Below, one piece after another: positions 9,122 through 17,803 of a DNA stretch of 27,713 bases. The position numbers and the translations under genes are program-made. The stretch is from positions 1 to 27,713 of the forward strand of contig JAZGDW010000168.1 of assembly GCA_036478295.1 (NCBI GenBank), read 5' to 3'. Positions within the stretch are counted from its first letter, which is position 1. Each line of letters starts with the position of its first letter. The stretch comes from Candidatus Krumholzibacteriia bacterium. GTDB lineage: Bacteria; Krumholzibacteriota; Krumholzibacteriia; WVZY01. Below the pieces are notes generated by a model that had not been told where the DNA came from, made no database searches, and was given only the letters and a program-made list of their open reading frames with translations.

Positions 9122-10717
9122 ATGCGACACGCAGCACTGACAACCTTGGTTCTGGCAGCCCTCCTGGCGCCCTGGCATGCCCTGGCGGGAGAGGGGCGCG
9201 ACCTCACCCGGCGCGAAGCGGCCTCTGTCTTCGACCGCGTGTTTCACGGCAGAACGCAAGCCGCACTGGCGTACCTGGATTCCTTGAAGGCGGAATGTGA
9301 GGGGTACCCGCTCTACCACATCATGCGCGGACGGTGCCTGCAGGAATTCATTCCGCTTGACGACGCCAACACCAGCAACGCGAAGCGGGCAGCGGTCCCC
9401 GCGCTGACCGAGTTCGACCGGACCATCGCGGCCTGCACGGCGCGCATCGACAGCGGGGGCGCCCACTCGACGCACTATCTCTACCGTGGGTGGGCGTGGA
9501 TGGCCAAGTCCTACATCCGGTCGATGTCGCGAAGTTTCTGGACGGCGGGACGCGAAGCCGGGCGGGGCAAGAAGGACCTCAAGATTTACCTGGGCTCCTA
9601 TCCCGACGACACGACCGCCAATGGCATCCTGGGTTCGTTCCTCTACTTTGCGGACACCATTCCCACAGCATTCAAGTTTCTCTCCAAGCTGCTGCGCCTC
9701 CCGAGCGGCGACCGCGTGGAAGGCCTGGAGCGCCTGCAGTATGCCGCACTCCACGGGGGTCCACTGGACACGGACTACAAGCTCATTCTCTATAATGTGT
9801 ATTTCTATTTCGAAGGGCGCTACGAGGATGGGCTGGCCGGACTGCTGGAGGCAGTCGAGCGTTATCCGGAGTACGCTCGATCTTCCATGCCCCTTTCGGC
9901 CGCCCAGCCGTTCGTGCCCCGCCTGGCCGCCGAGTTGGACGCGCAGATCGAATCGACGCTCGGCAGCATGGCCCGTTTGCCCGCCGGGGCGGTCGACCGC
10001 AACGGTCTCGCCCTGGTCAAGGCGTTCCGCGCATACGGCGCTCGCTATTGTAACCCCGACGCCTCGGCCGCTATGTTCCAGGCAATCATTATGGAGGCGC
10101 CGCAACACCCCGACTGGATGCGTGGGTTCGCACGTTACGAACTGGGAGGCCTCTACGCGGCGACCGGCCGGCGCTCCGAGGCGAGGGCATTGTTCGAGTC
10201 GGTCGTCACCGAAGACGCGTACCGTTACCACCGCGATCATGCCAGACGGATGCTGGCTGACCTCGACGAGTTTGCCGACTCGCTGCCGTCAGCCGTGCAG
10301 CCCGACGACGAGTGGATCAGGGCCGTTTACCGGACCGGCGACGACTCGCTTGCCGTTCTGGCCGCGCGCTTCGAGGCGCTCGCCGCGACTTCGCTGCCCG
10401 CTTCTTTTTATGCCGCCGAATGCCGCCTGCTGGCCGGCGACCATGACAACGCGCTCGACGTCTACCGCGGGATCATCGACACCGACGCCCCTGCCTGGGA
10501 GGAGACCTACCAGATGCTCGCGGCCCAGCGAGTTGCCGAGATCTACGCCGCGCGCGAAAAGTACAAGACGGCGGCCGAGTACATCGGGCGGGCCCAGGAT
10601 TTCTATCACAAGGAGTACCTGGTAGACTGGATTCTCTCCGGCCGCAAGCGCTATTTCGAGCGGTTGGCCGACGGTAAGGAAACGGTGACCCCCAACCTGC
10701 TGTCCGTCAACCCGTGA
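9122..10717 (+). CDS. Exported tetratricopeptide-repeat/all-helical protein of unknown function
   Basis: Signal peptide MRHAALTTLVLAALLAPWHALA; TPR-like repeats (ARYELGGLYAATGRRSEARALFESV; AAQRVAEIYAAREKYKTAAEYI); GAGG RBS upstream. Confidence 0.75.
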   Translation: MRHAALTTLVLAALLAPWHALAGEGRDLTRREAASVFDRVFHGRTQAALAYLDSLKAECEGYPLYHIMRGRCLQEFIPLDDANTSNAKRAAVPALTEFDRTIAACTARIDSGGAHSTHYLYRGWAWMAKSYIRSMSRSFWTAGREAGRGKKDLKIYLGSYPDDTTANGILGSFLYFADTIPTAFKFLSKLLRLPSGDRVEGLERLQYAALHGGPLDTDYKLILYNVYFYFEGRYEDGLAGLLEAVERYPEYARSSMPLSAAQPFVPRLAAELDAQIESTLGSMARLPAGAVDRNGLALVKAFRAYGARYCNPDASAAMFQAIIMEAPQHPDWMRGFARYELGGLYAATGRRSEARALFESVVTEDAYRYHRDHARRMLADLDEFADSLPSAVQPDDEWIRAVYRTGDDSLAVLAARFEALAATSLPASFYAAECRLLAGDHDNALDVYRGIIDTDAPAWEETYQMLAAQRVAEIYAAREKYKTAAEYIGRAQDFYHKEYLVDWILSGRKRYFERLADGKETVTPNLLSVNP

Positions 10718-10835
10718 GGCACGCGCCGGCGAAAAAGGAACTGCGGGGCCGGAAAATGCTTTGCTTTTCCGGGTCGATCCCCTAGGCTTCGCTGAATCTT
10801 CGTACCAAGCCGTTTTAGACCAGAGGTCGAATCTC

Positions 10836-11876
10836 ATGCGTATTCGGTACCCCTTCAGGGCCTTCAAAGACGTTGTTATCCGAAAGGGATTTGTCGAGGC
10901 ACAGCTCATCGTCACGCGGCGGTGCAACCTCAGCTGCGGCTACTGTACCGAATACGACAACGTCTCCAAGTCCGTCCCCTTCGAATTGCTGCGCGAGCGC
11001 ATTGACGCGCTGCACCGGCTCGGCGTGGCGCAGATCGCGTTGCTCGGCGGTGAGCCGCTGATGCACGAGGACCTCGACAAGATCGTCGAGCACGCCGGAC
11101 GCGCCTCCCAGGTGTCCATGACCACAAACGGTTTTCTCGTCGGCAAGGACATGATCGATCGCTTGAATCGCGCGGGACTCACCCACATGCAGGTCAGCAT
11201 CGACGCGCTGACCACCAAAAAGGACATGTACATTCAAAAGACCCTGAAGACGTTGCGGGGCAAGCTCGAGCTGCTGCTCCGGCTCGCCGACTTCAGCGTC
11301 CACGCCAACATTGTTCTGTGCGAGGAATCCATACCGGAGTTCAAAGAGATAATCGCGGAACTTCGCCGCCTGCAGATCCCGGTCACGGTCAATCTGCTCC
11401 ACAACGACAAGGGAATGGTGGCCATAAAGGGGTCCCGGTACATCGACTTGTGGGAATACCATTATCGGGAATCCAAAGTCATATCCTACATCGAATACGA
11501 ATACGGCAAGTCACTGCTGAAGGGAGAGCGCAAGGACTGGCTGTGCCGGGCGGGAAGCCGCCACATCTACGTGGACGAGTTTGGCAACGCGCAGTTTTGC
11601 GCGTCCCAGCGCGGACGACTCGACAAGCCCATCGTCGAGTTTACCCGCGCCGACATGCAACAACACGCGAGAGAGAGTAAGGGGTGCGAGAAGGGTTGCG
11701 CGGTTTTTTGTGTTTACCGTGCGTCGCAGTTCGACAACGACTTTCTCGGAGTGGCCAAAGCGCTCCTGAAGAGTGTGCGAAACAGTACCATCTCAATCCC
11801 CATCCGGTCCGGGAACGCCCGAGCGCAAAAAGTGCCAACGCAGTTAGAAACCGCCGGTGACTCAAAGCGCCCGTAA
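10836..11876 (+). CDS. Radical SAM enzyme with C-terminal SPASM/twitch-like Cys-rich domain
   Basis: CNLSCGYC (CX3CX2C), LGGEPLMH, TTNG, QVSID; C-terminal CRAG...FCASQ...GCEKGCAVFC. ATG 10836 chosen; GAGG upstream. Confidence 0.9.
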   Translation: MRIRYPFRAFKDVVIRKGFVEAQLIVTRRCNLSCGYCTEYDNVSKSVPFELLRERIDALHRLGVAQIALLGGEPLMHEDLDKIVEHAGRASQVSMTTNGFLVGKDMIDRLNRAGLTHMQVSIDALTTKKDMYIQKTLKTLRGKLELLLRLADFSVHANIVLCEESIPEFKEIIAELRRLQIPVTVNLLHNDKGMVAIKGSRYIDLWEYHYRESKVISYIEYEYGKSLLKGERKDWLCRAGSRHIYVDEFGNAQFCASQRGRLDKPIVEFTRADMQQHARESKGCEKGCAVFCVYRASQFDNDFLGVAKALLKSVRNSTISIPIRSGNARAQKVPTQLETAGDSKRP

Positions 11877-12450
11877 GTGGAGTCTTTTCGCCCTGACCGC
11901 TGTTGTGGTGCTCTCCGGCGGGGCGCTTTCCCTGTGGTACTTCCCCGAGCAGAGAGGGCTGGTGTGGCTCGGGCTCTACACCATTCCCTCCCACATGTTC
12001 GTCTCCCCGTTTCCACACGAGCCGCTGCTGCTTTACTACGCGAAATCGTACCCCGCAATCGGGTGCGCCATCGCATCCCTGGCGGGCTGCCTGGTCGCCG
12101 GCATGTGGGATTACTTTCTTTTCATCCCGCTCATTCACCACCCGCGGCTCCGGGTGAAGTATGTGAACACGGGACTCTACAAGCGTTCGGTGGATTTTTT
12201 CAGGAAATGGCCGTTCTGGGCCCTGGTGGGCGTCGGTTTCACGCCGATTCCCTTCTACCCCATAAAATTTCTTTCGATCGCCGACGGTTATCCCATGACG
12301 AAATACCTGGCCGCGCTCGTCGTGGGCCGGACGCCACGCTACTACGCGATCGCCTATCTGGGCTACGTGCTCAATCTCCCAAACTGGAGCCTCGTCGCAC
12401 TCGCGCTGGTCTTTCTCGCCGTTACCCTGTACATGAATCGCAAGAGCTGA
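11857..12450 (+). CDS. DedA/VTT (SNARE-associated, YqaA-like) membrane protein
   Basis: Hydrophobic protein with SPFPHEP, GFTPIPFYP and VVGRTPRY re-entrant motifs; GTG start overlaps the end of the radical SAM gene. Confidence 0.75.
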   Translation: MTQSARKWSLFALTAVVVLSGGALSLWYFPEQRGLVWLGLYTIPSHMFVSPFPHEPLLLYYAKSYPAIGCAIASLAGCLVAGMWDYFLFIPLIHHPRLRVKYVNTGLYKRSVDFFRKWPFWALVGVGFTPIPFYPIKFLSIADGYPMTKYLAALVVGRTPRYYAIAYLGYVLNLPNWSLVALALVFLAVTLYMNRKS

Positions 12451-12513
12451 TCGACTCTCGCTGGTTGGGGTGAACGCGGCCGCTGCCGCGCAGAATCGTG
12501 GCCGCCGTTCGGT

Positions 12514-13011
12514 CTACTCTCGTGGTGGGCGACCGACGACACCGGTCAGTATGAGGATCCCGATGGCAACGAGTACCAGCGGCCAGCCCTTGGTCAAGAA
12601 CCAATCCGCTGGTGCGAAATCCAGGCCGACACCCTTTACCAGCAGGATGGCGCCCGGGATGAGCGGCCACCAGGGCGAACGGTCCCGTACCACCATATCG
12701 AGAATGAATATCGCGACGAAACCCAGTCCCAGGCCCAGGGCCTGGCCGTCGCTGATATTGAGGCTCGTGCGGTCGATGACCCTGCCGACGCCCAGGCCCA
12801 GCAGGACGCAGGCGGGGATGAGCAACCCGTAACGCCGTCGGTAGAGGTACCAGGCCAGAAATACGCCTCCGACGGTAAACAGCACCAGCGTGTTGTCCGC
12901 CGGTCGGCCGGAAAGCCGGACAAGAAACAACACCAGGCCCAGAACAACCAGTGTGCTACCGGCGACGTGCCGGCGGTGGCCCCGCCGCGTTCCTGCTTCG
13001 TGTTCCGACAT
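12514..13011 (-). CDS. Small multi-pass membrane protein (LiaF/LiaI-like transmembrane repeats)
   Basis: About 6 hydrophobic segments; GLLIPACVLLGLG, WWPLIPGAILL, GWPLVLVAIGILIL; GGAGG RBS just upstream. Confidence 0.65.
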   Translation of the reverse strand: MSEHEAGTRRGHRRHVAGSTLVVLGLVLFLVRLSGRPADNTLVLFTVGGVFLAWYLYRRRYGLLIPACVLLGLGVGRVIDRTSLNISDGQALGLGLGFVAIFILDMVVRDRSPWWPLIPGAILLVKGVGLDFAPADWFLTKGWPLVLVAIGILILTGVVGRPPRE

Positions 13012-13020
13012 TTGCCTCCC

Positions 13021-13758
13021 CTATTCTTCGTTCAGCCGCCGTGAAATCCAGATCGTACGGTAGATGGCGGTGGCGACGGTTCCCGTGGCGATGACAACGA
13101 TGATAATGCGCAGGATGAACCCTGGGTCCTTGTCCAACGCGCCGGACAGCGCCGGATCGAGAATTGCCCCGAAACCGAGCAGCAGCAGGCGCTCGGCACG
13201 CTGCATCAGACCGGCCTTGCAGGTGATTCCGAGACCCTCACCCCGCGCCCGTGTGTAACTCACCAGCAGTGAGCCCCCGAGTGCGACCAGCACGAAGAGT
13301 ACCATGGACCCCGATTGAAAGAACGCAGCCAGCCCGACGAACACGGCCAACTCGCTGAAGCGGTCGAGCGTCGAATCGAGAAACGCCCCGCTCGATGACA
13401 CGAGGTCGCGGCTGCGTGCGATCTCTCCGTCCATGACGTCGGCGAACCCGCTGAGCAGAATGCACCATCCCGCCGCCGGCAGTTGCCCGCGCGCGAAGAA
13501 CGCCATGCTCGCCACACCGCACGCGACGGCGAAAAGGTTGAAAAAGAGCGGACTCAACCGCATGCCCAGAGACACTCGCTTGACCGGTCGTATGAACCAG
13601 TAGAACCAGTTCCTCACCCAGAAGCCCAAAACGAACGAGCCGCCGCGGCCGGTGACGTCGCCCAAGCCGGTGCGACCCTCCCCGCTAAAACGATACACGG
13701 CCATCGTCAGCAGGGCGAAGCCGATCAACCCGGTGAGCAACGCCAGTTCTCCTCTCAT
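13021..13758 (-). CDS. CDP-alcohol phosphatidyltransferase family protein
   Basis: Signature DxxDGxxAR...GxxxDxxxD present as DVMDGEIARSRDLVSSSGAFLDSTLDRFSE; VSYTRARGE and GLMQRAER as in PgsA/PI-synthase-like members. Confidence 0.93.
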   Translation of the reverse strand: MRGELALLTGLIGFALLTMAVYRFSGEGRTGLGDVTGRGGSFVLGFWVRNWFYWFIRPVKRVSLGMRLSPLFFNLFAVACGVASMAFFARGQLPAAGWCILLSGFADVMDGEIARSRDLVSSSGAFLDSTLDRFSELAVFVGLAAFFQSGSMVLFVLVALGGSLLVSYTRARGEGLGITCKAGLMQRAERLLLLGFGAILDPALSGALDKDPGFILRIIIVVIATGTVATAIYRTIWISRRLNEE

Positions 13759-14819
13759 CGCGGGTTCCCCCTGGCGTTTTGATCGTCCCGACCGTCATGG
13801 TTCCCCGGACTCGCCCGCATCGCCCGAAACACCCGAAACACCTTCGGCCACAGGAGAAAGATCGGAAGCCGCCGTTCGTTGGGGGTGAGTTCCAGGTGAA
13901 GGCCGGTTCGTCGCTCGATTTTGCGCACGATGTAGTCCAACCAGTCGTCGAAGGTCAACATGTACTTCGACCATCTTAGCGTCGCGCGTATTTTCGACCC
14001 CACAAAAAAGAGGCGCCAGCGAAGCCTGCCTCGGAGAGCTGGAGGTTCCACCATGTGATACAGCCCGTCCCCACGCTCGAGTATTCCATCACGCACCGCG
14101 TCTTGCAGAATGCGCGTGTAGCTCAATATCAGGTAATGCCGCTGTGCCTCGAACACTTCTCCCACGCGTGCTTTTGATTCCGGGCGGATCTCGCCTGCGT
14201 ACGACCGATCGAGCATGCGGCGGCAATAGTCGAGAACCGAAAAACTTCGCGGCAGGTACAGAGGCACCCAGTCGAGCGTAAGCCGTCTCGCATCGAGCAG
14301 GCGTTCCTCCAGACGCGCGCCGTCCGCCGGCGTTCGTGCGTGAACGATCTGGAACTGCTGCATCATGCGGCCCCTGCAAAAGTGATCCCTGGCGCCGTCC
14401 GAAAGAGCCACCTCCAAATCGCTGCGACTGATTACGAAGCACTTGGTGCCGGCTCGCAGGTCGCCGGGATCACGCACAGATATGATGTTCGGGGGCAAAA
14501 AACGATTGAGGGCCGCCATGATCCTGGCCCGCCGCCGGGCAGGAAGGCGCCTGCCGATATCGCTGTAGAATCTCTCGTACTCTTCGACGACGACGAAGAG
14601 ATCAGCCGCGCTGTGAGCGTCGGGAGAAGTTCCCAGCAGCCGGGACCCGAAGAGAATGACCGCTGCCAGGTTGTCGCCGCAGGCCTCCGTCAACAATCCG
14701 AGACTGACCCTGACCTCGGGCGGCAAGCTGCTGCCGCTGAGATGGCTGGCGAGTGCGGCTTCTGCGCCGAAATCACCGGCGATTACTTTTTCGTTGTGAA
14801 CCCTTTCAGAGTCCGACAT
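13755..14819 (-). CDS. Tam41/Mmp37-like nucleotidyltransferase (putative lipid-phosphate cytidylyltransferase)
   Basis: Pol-beta-type NTase start VILFGS...ADLFVVV, then LPPN, KCFVIS, GRMMQ and SYAGEIRPE, matching the Tam41 order (YGS, DxxxxV, KYGV, GRLxKP, SYxGDxR). ATG 14819; 4-bp overlap with the next gene. Confidence 0.7.
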   Translation of the reverse strand: MSDSERVHNEKVIAGDFGAEAALASHLSGSSLPPEVRVSLGLLTEACGDNLAAVILFGSRLLGTSPDAHSAADLFVVVEEYERFYSDIGRRLPARRRARIMAALNRFLPPNIISVRDPGDLRAGTKCFVISRSDLEVALSDGARDHFCRGRMMQQFQIVHARTPADGARLEERLLDARRLTLDWVPLYLPRSFSVLDYCRRMLDRSYAGEIRPESKARVGEVFEAQRHYLILSYTRILQDAVRDGILERGDGLYHMVEPPALRGRLRWRLFFVGSKIRATLRWSKYMLTFDDWLDYIVRKIERRTGLHLELTPNERRLPIFLLWPKVFRVFRAMRASPGNHDGRDDQNARGNPR

Positions 14820-14820
14820 G

Positions 14821-15597
14821 TCACTCCTGGTCTGCCACGCGGCTCGCGGGAGCCTCCCGCATCTCGTGGAGCTTATCACACATCAGGTCACGCATGCGTA
14901 CGATGAACGCCGCCACGTCCTCTTCCGGTCCGGGTGACGGAAAAGGCCCGGTGCTTTCGATCCGCGCGCGGACCGAGCTGATGTTGTGGATATAATCGAC
15001 GAGCTTCGCACACCGCCAAAACCCGTCGACCACGACGACGTGTACGTTCCAGCGCCGTGCCCCCAGGATCGCCTCCAGACCGGCGGTCCTGAAAGGTCTG
15101 ATTTCCCCGTCCCGTGTCCGCGATCCCTCTGGAAAGATCAGCATCGGGTGTGTTGTCGTCGCCGCCACCTTGCGCAATCTCTCCAGTTGTGCGGCGCCGC
15201 CCCGCCCCGGATCGACCAGCGGGTGATTGTCGAAGCGTAGTAACGGGGACACCAGCGGGATCTTGCGGCCGTAGCGCGCTCGGGTCACGGCCAACGCGTA
15301 TCCGCCCTTCATTACCTCGTACGCTACCGGGATGTCGAGCAGCGACTGGTGGTTCATGAGGATCAGCGTCCCGGGTTCCGCCGCTATGCGGGCCCGAATG
15401 TCGATATCCGCCCCGCCGACGTGGCGGGGCAACCACACCGAGATCGCCGAGAGCCACCGTATCCACCTGCGGAGCACGCGCCCACGCGACGACGGAAAAA
15501 ACCACACCACCGGCACGATGATCGTTCGTTGCACCAGGTCTCCGGTCAGCAGGAAGACGCCGACCAGGAACAGGCTGAAAACTCCTCGAAACGCCAA
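14821..15597 (-). CDS. PlsC/lysophospholipid acyltransferase family protein
   Basis: NHQSLLD (HX4D catalytic motif) and IFPEGSRTRDG; hydrophobic N-terminus; TTG start with AAGGGGA upstream. Confidence 0.9.
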   Translation of the reverse strand: MAFRGVFSLFLVGVFLLTGDLVQRTIIVPVVWFFPSSRGRVLRRWIRWLSAISVWLPRHVGGADIDIRARIAAEPGTLILMNHQSLLDIPVAYEVMKGGYALAVTRARYGRKIPLVSPLLRFDNHPLVDPGRGGAAQLERLRKVAATTTHPMLIFPEGSRTRDGEIRPFRTAGLEAILGARRWNVHVVVVDGFWRCAKLVDYIHNISSVRARIESTGPFPSPGPEEDVAAFIVRMRDLMCDKLHEMREAPASRVADQE

Positions 15598-15767
15598 TAG
15601 CTTAATCTATCCCCTTTGTCGAAACCTCTTTCGAGCCGCGCTCCGTCCCAACACCCGTGAATTCTCTTTCTTGGTGCTTGACTTGTGATTTCCTTAAATG
15701 CTTGACTTTCATCGAGGTTTCGAACAGTCTATGCGCTGAGCGTCACTGAGAAACTAGAACGATTGCC

Positions 15768-17126
15768 ATGAAACCGTCAAGACAACATGCCGAAAAACTG
15801 GTTACGGACGATGACGCCCGGCCGGAGCGGGTAGCGCCCGAACCCAAGAAATCCGCGACCACCGGCCCCCGACCGAAGCTCTCCGAGTACGACTTTAGCA
15901 ACTTCTTCTTCGGCTCCGGCGACGATCCCTTTGTCATGGTCGACGCATTCGATGACTGGTGGCCGGACGCGAGGGCCGCCGGTTATTACCTCTTCGTGGG
16001 CCAGCCGATGCTCACCCCCCCGGTCACCCGCGTCGATATTCTCGAGGCCAAAAACTATACGAAACTCTCAAACCTCATTAACTTTGCGTCGTATAACTAC
16101 CTCGGACTGTCCTACCGCGAGGACATCCGGGAGGCGATCATCGAGGCGACAGGCAAGTACGGCAGCGGCGCCTCAGGCTCACCGATTCTGAGCGGCACGC
16201 TCGACCTGCACGACGAACTGGCGGAGAAGGTCGCGCGCTTCAAGCGCACCGAGGCATCACTGATTTTCCCCTCCGGGTACAGCGCAAACCTCGGCGTTAT
16301 CGCGGGTTTGATGCGTTCGGGGGATCTCGTCGTTACCGACCAGTACGCGCACGCAAGCATCGTGGACGGCATCATCCTGTCCAAGGCAAAGGTCCGCTAT
16401 TTCCGTCACAACGTCATTGGAGACCTCGAACGAAAGCTGAGGGAATTCCCTGGCAAGAAGCTGGTCATCGTCGAGGGCGTCTACTCAATGGACGGTGATT
16501 TGGCCAAGCTTCCCGAGATCGTGGAGGTGTGCCGGCGCCATGGGGCGCGGATCATGATTGATGAGGCCCACTCGGCGTTCATTTTCGGCAAGAACGGCCG
16601 CGGCGTGGCCGAGCACTTCGGCCTCGAGGATGAAATAGACATCCACTTCGGAACCTTTTCCAAGAGCCTCGGGGGCATCGGCGGCTACGTCGCCGGCTCG
16701 CAGAAGCTCATCAACTACCTGCGCGGCTTCGCCCGCTCGCGTATGTTCTCGTGCGCGCTGCCTCCGGGCGTGGTGGCCGGACTCCTCAAGGCGCTCGAGA
16801 TCGCACAGGCGGAGCCGGAGCTTCGGGTAAAACTGTGGGACAACGTCGGTGTCATGAGCAACCTGCTCAAGAAATCGGGGGTCGACATCGGCTCGTCGGC
16901 GTCCCAGGTGATCCCGATAATGGTTCGCGACGACGAACGAGTCTTCCAGATTGCCGAAGAGTTGCTGCACGAGGGCGTATACCTCAACATCGTCCGCTAT
17001 CCCGCCGTAGGCAAACACCGGTCCCGTTTCCGCATCTCAGTGACCGCCGCCCATTCCATGGCCGACCTGGAGCAAGGCACGGAGAAAATCATCCGCGTGC
17101 TGAAAAGGAACGGGTTGTGCCACTAA
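15768..17126 (+). CDS. PLP-dependent alpha-oxoamine synthase, probably serine palmitoyltransferase-like
   Basis: NFASYNYLGL, SGYSANLG, HASIVDG, EGVYSMDGD, DEAHS, GTFSKSLG (PLP Lys), RFRIS. Long N-terminal extension; no bio genes nearby and the context is lipid biosynthesis. Confidence 0.85.
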   Translation: MKPSRQHAEKLVTDDDARPERVAPEPKKSATTGPRPKLSEYDFSNFFFGSGDDPFVMVDAFDDWWPDARAAGYYLFVGQPMLTPPVTRVDILEAKNYTKLSNLINFASYNYLGLSYREDIREAIIEATGKYGSGASGSPILSGTLDLHDELAEKVARFKRTEASLIFPSGYSANLGVIAGLMRSGDLVVTDQYAHASIVDGIILSKAKVRYFRHNVIGDLERKLREFPGKKLVIVEGVYSMDGDLAKLPEIVEVCRRHGARIMIDEAHSAFIFGKNGRGVAEHFGLEDEIDIHFGTFSKSLGGIGGYVAGSQKLINYLRGFARSRMFSCALPPGVVAGLLKALEIAQAEPELRVKLWDNVGVMSNLLKKSGVDIGSSASQVIPIMVRDDERVFQIAEELLHEGVYLNIVRYPAVGKHRSRFRISVTAAHSMADLEQGTEKIIRVLKRNGLCH

Positions 17127-17776
17127 CCCGGTACCATTTTCGGCAGGCGGTCAGCGCCTTTTTTGAGATGTCGTCGGAGGGTGCTCGTGCCATCCTGCCG
17201 CGCCACCTCGAGCCCCTCGAGGTGCGTCATTCTCGGGGAGTATTCGCCGTCACCGCCTTCGATTTTACGGACAGCATGGTCGGCAGCTACCATGAAATCG
17301 TTCTCGCCGTGATTTCCCCTCCGCTCATGAAGGGCGGGGCCATGCCCAAATCCGCCTTCTATCCGTTCATGGTCGGCACTAGCACCCGTGAGGCCCGGGA
17401 GCACGCCATCCAGCGCTGGCACCTGCCGCATTTCATGAGCGACATCGGTATGGATTTCGATGAATCCAGCGGGCAGATCAAGGTAAAGGTCTTCGAGGCG
17501 GACGAACCCATACTCGACCTGACCGTCACCGAGCACGCCTGGACAGAGGTCGATCATCTTTACCAGGCGTTCACGATTGACGAGTCGGAGAGATTCAAGG
17601 CGGACATCCACATGAAGGGACGCTTCACCGAGCACGAAGAAGAGAAAGGCGAGATCGTTCTCCACGATCACCCGATGTGCGAGCAGATCCTCGATGCGGA
17701 TATCGAATCGTACCCTTTTCGAGAGCTGTGGATGAAAGACGGCGTGCAGACTTTCGAGGAACTCGAGACCATCTGA
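17117..17776 (+). CDS. Acetoacetate decarboxylase (ADC)-like fold protein
   Basis: GTG 17117 after AAAAGGAA, overlapping the upstream stop. ARAILPRHLEP, FDFTDSMVGSYHEIVLAV and AIQRWHLPH align with the ADC-family pattern (LPxxLxP, GxYxE, GRxxWGxPK). Confidence 0.65.
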   Translation: MPLTRYHFRQAVSAFFEMSSEGARAILPRHLEPLEVRHSRGVFAVTAFDFTDSMVGSYHEIVLAVISPPLMKGGAMPKSAFYPFMVGTSTREAREHAIQRWHLPHFMSDIGMDFDESSGQIKVKVFEADEPILDLTVTEHAWTEVDHLYQAFTIDESERFKADIHMKGRFTEHEEEKGEIVLHDHPMCEQILDADIESYPFRELWMKDGVQTFEELETI

Positions 17777-17803
17777 TTTTCAACCAGCCTATCCCTGAAC
17801 GCG

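Noticed and set aside
16751..17116. N-terminal 122 aa of the listed ORF 16751..17776
   Set aside because: Arg/Gly-rich out-of-frame overlap with the SPT-like gene; an RBS and GTG at 17117 give the more plausible start.
15768..17126. Annotation as BioF or Kbl
   Set aside because: Same family, but no bio or tdh genes are adjacent, there is a long N-terminal extension and the neighbours are lipid enzymes. Not formally excluded without phylogeny, so no gene symbol was given.
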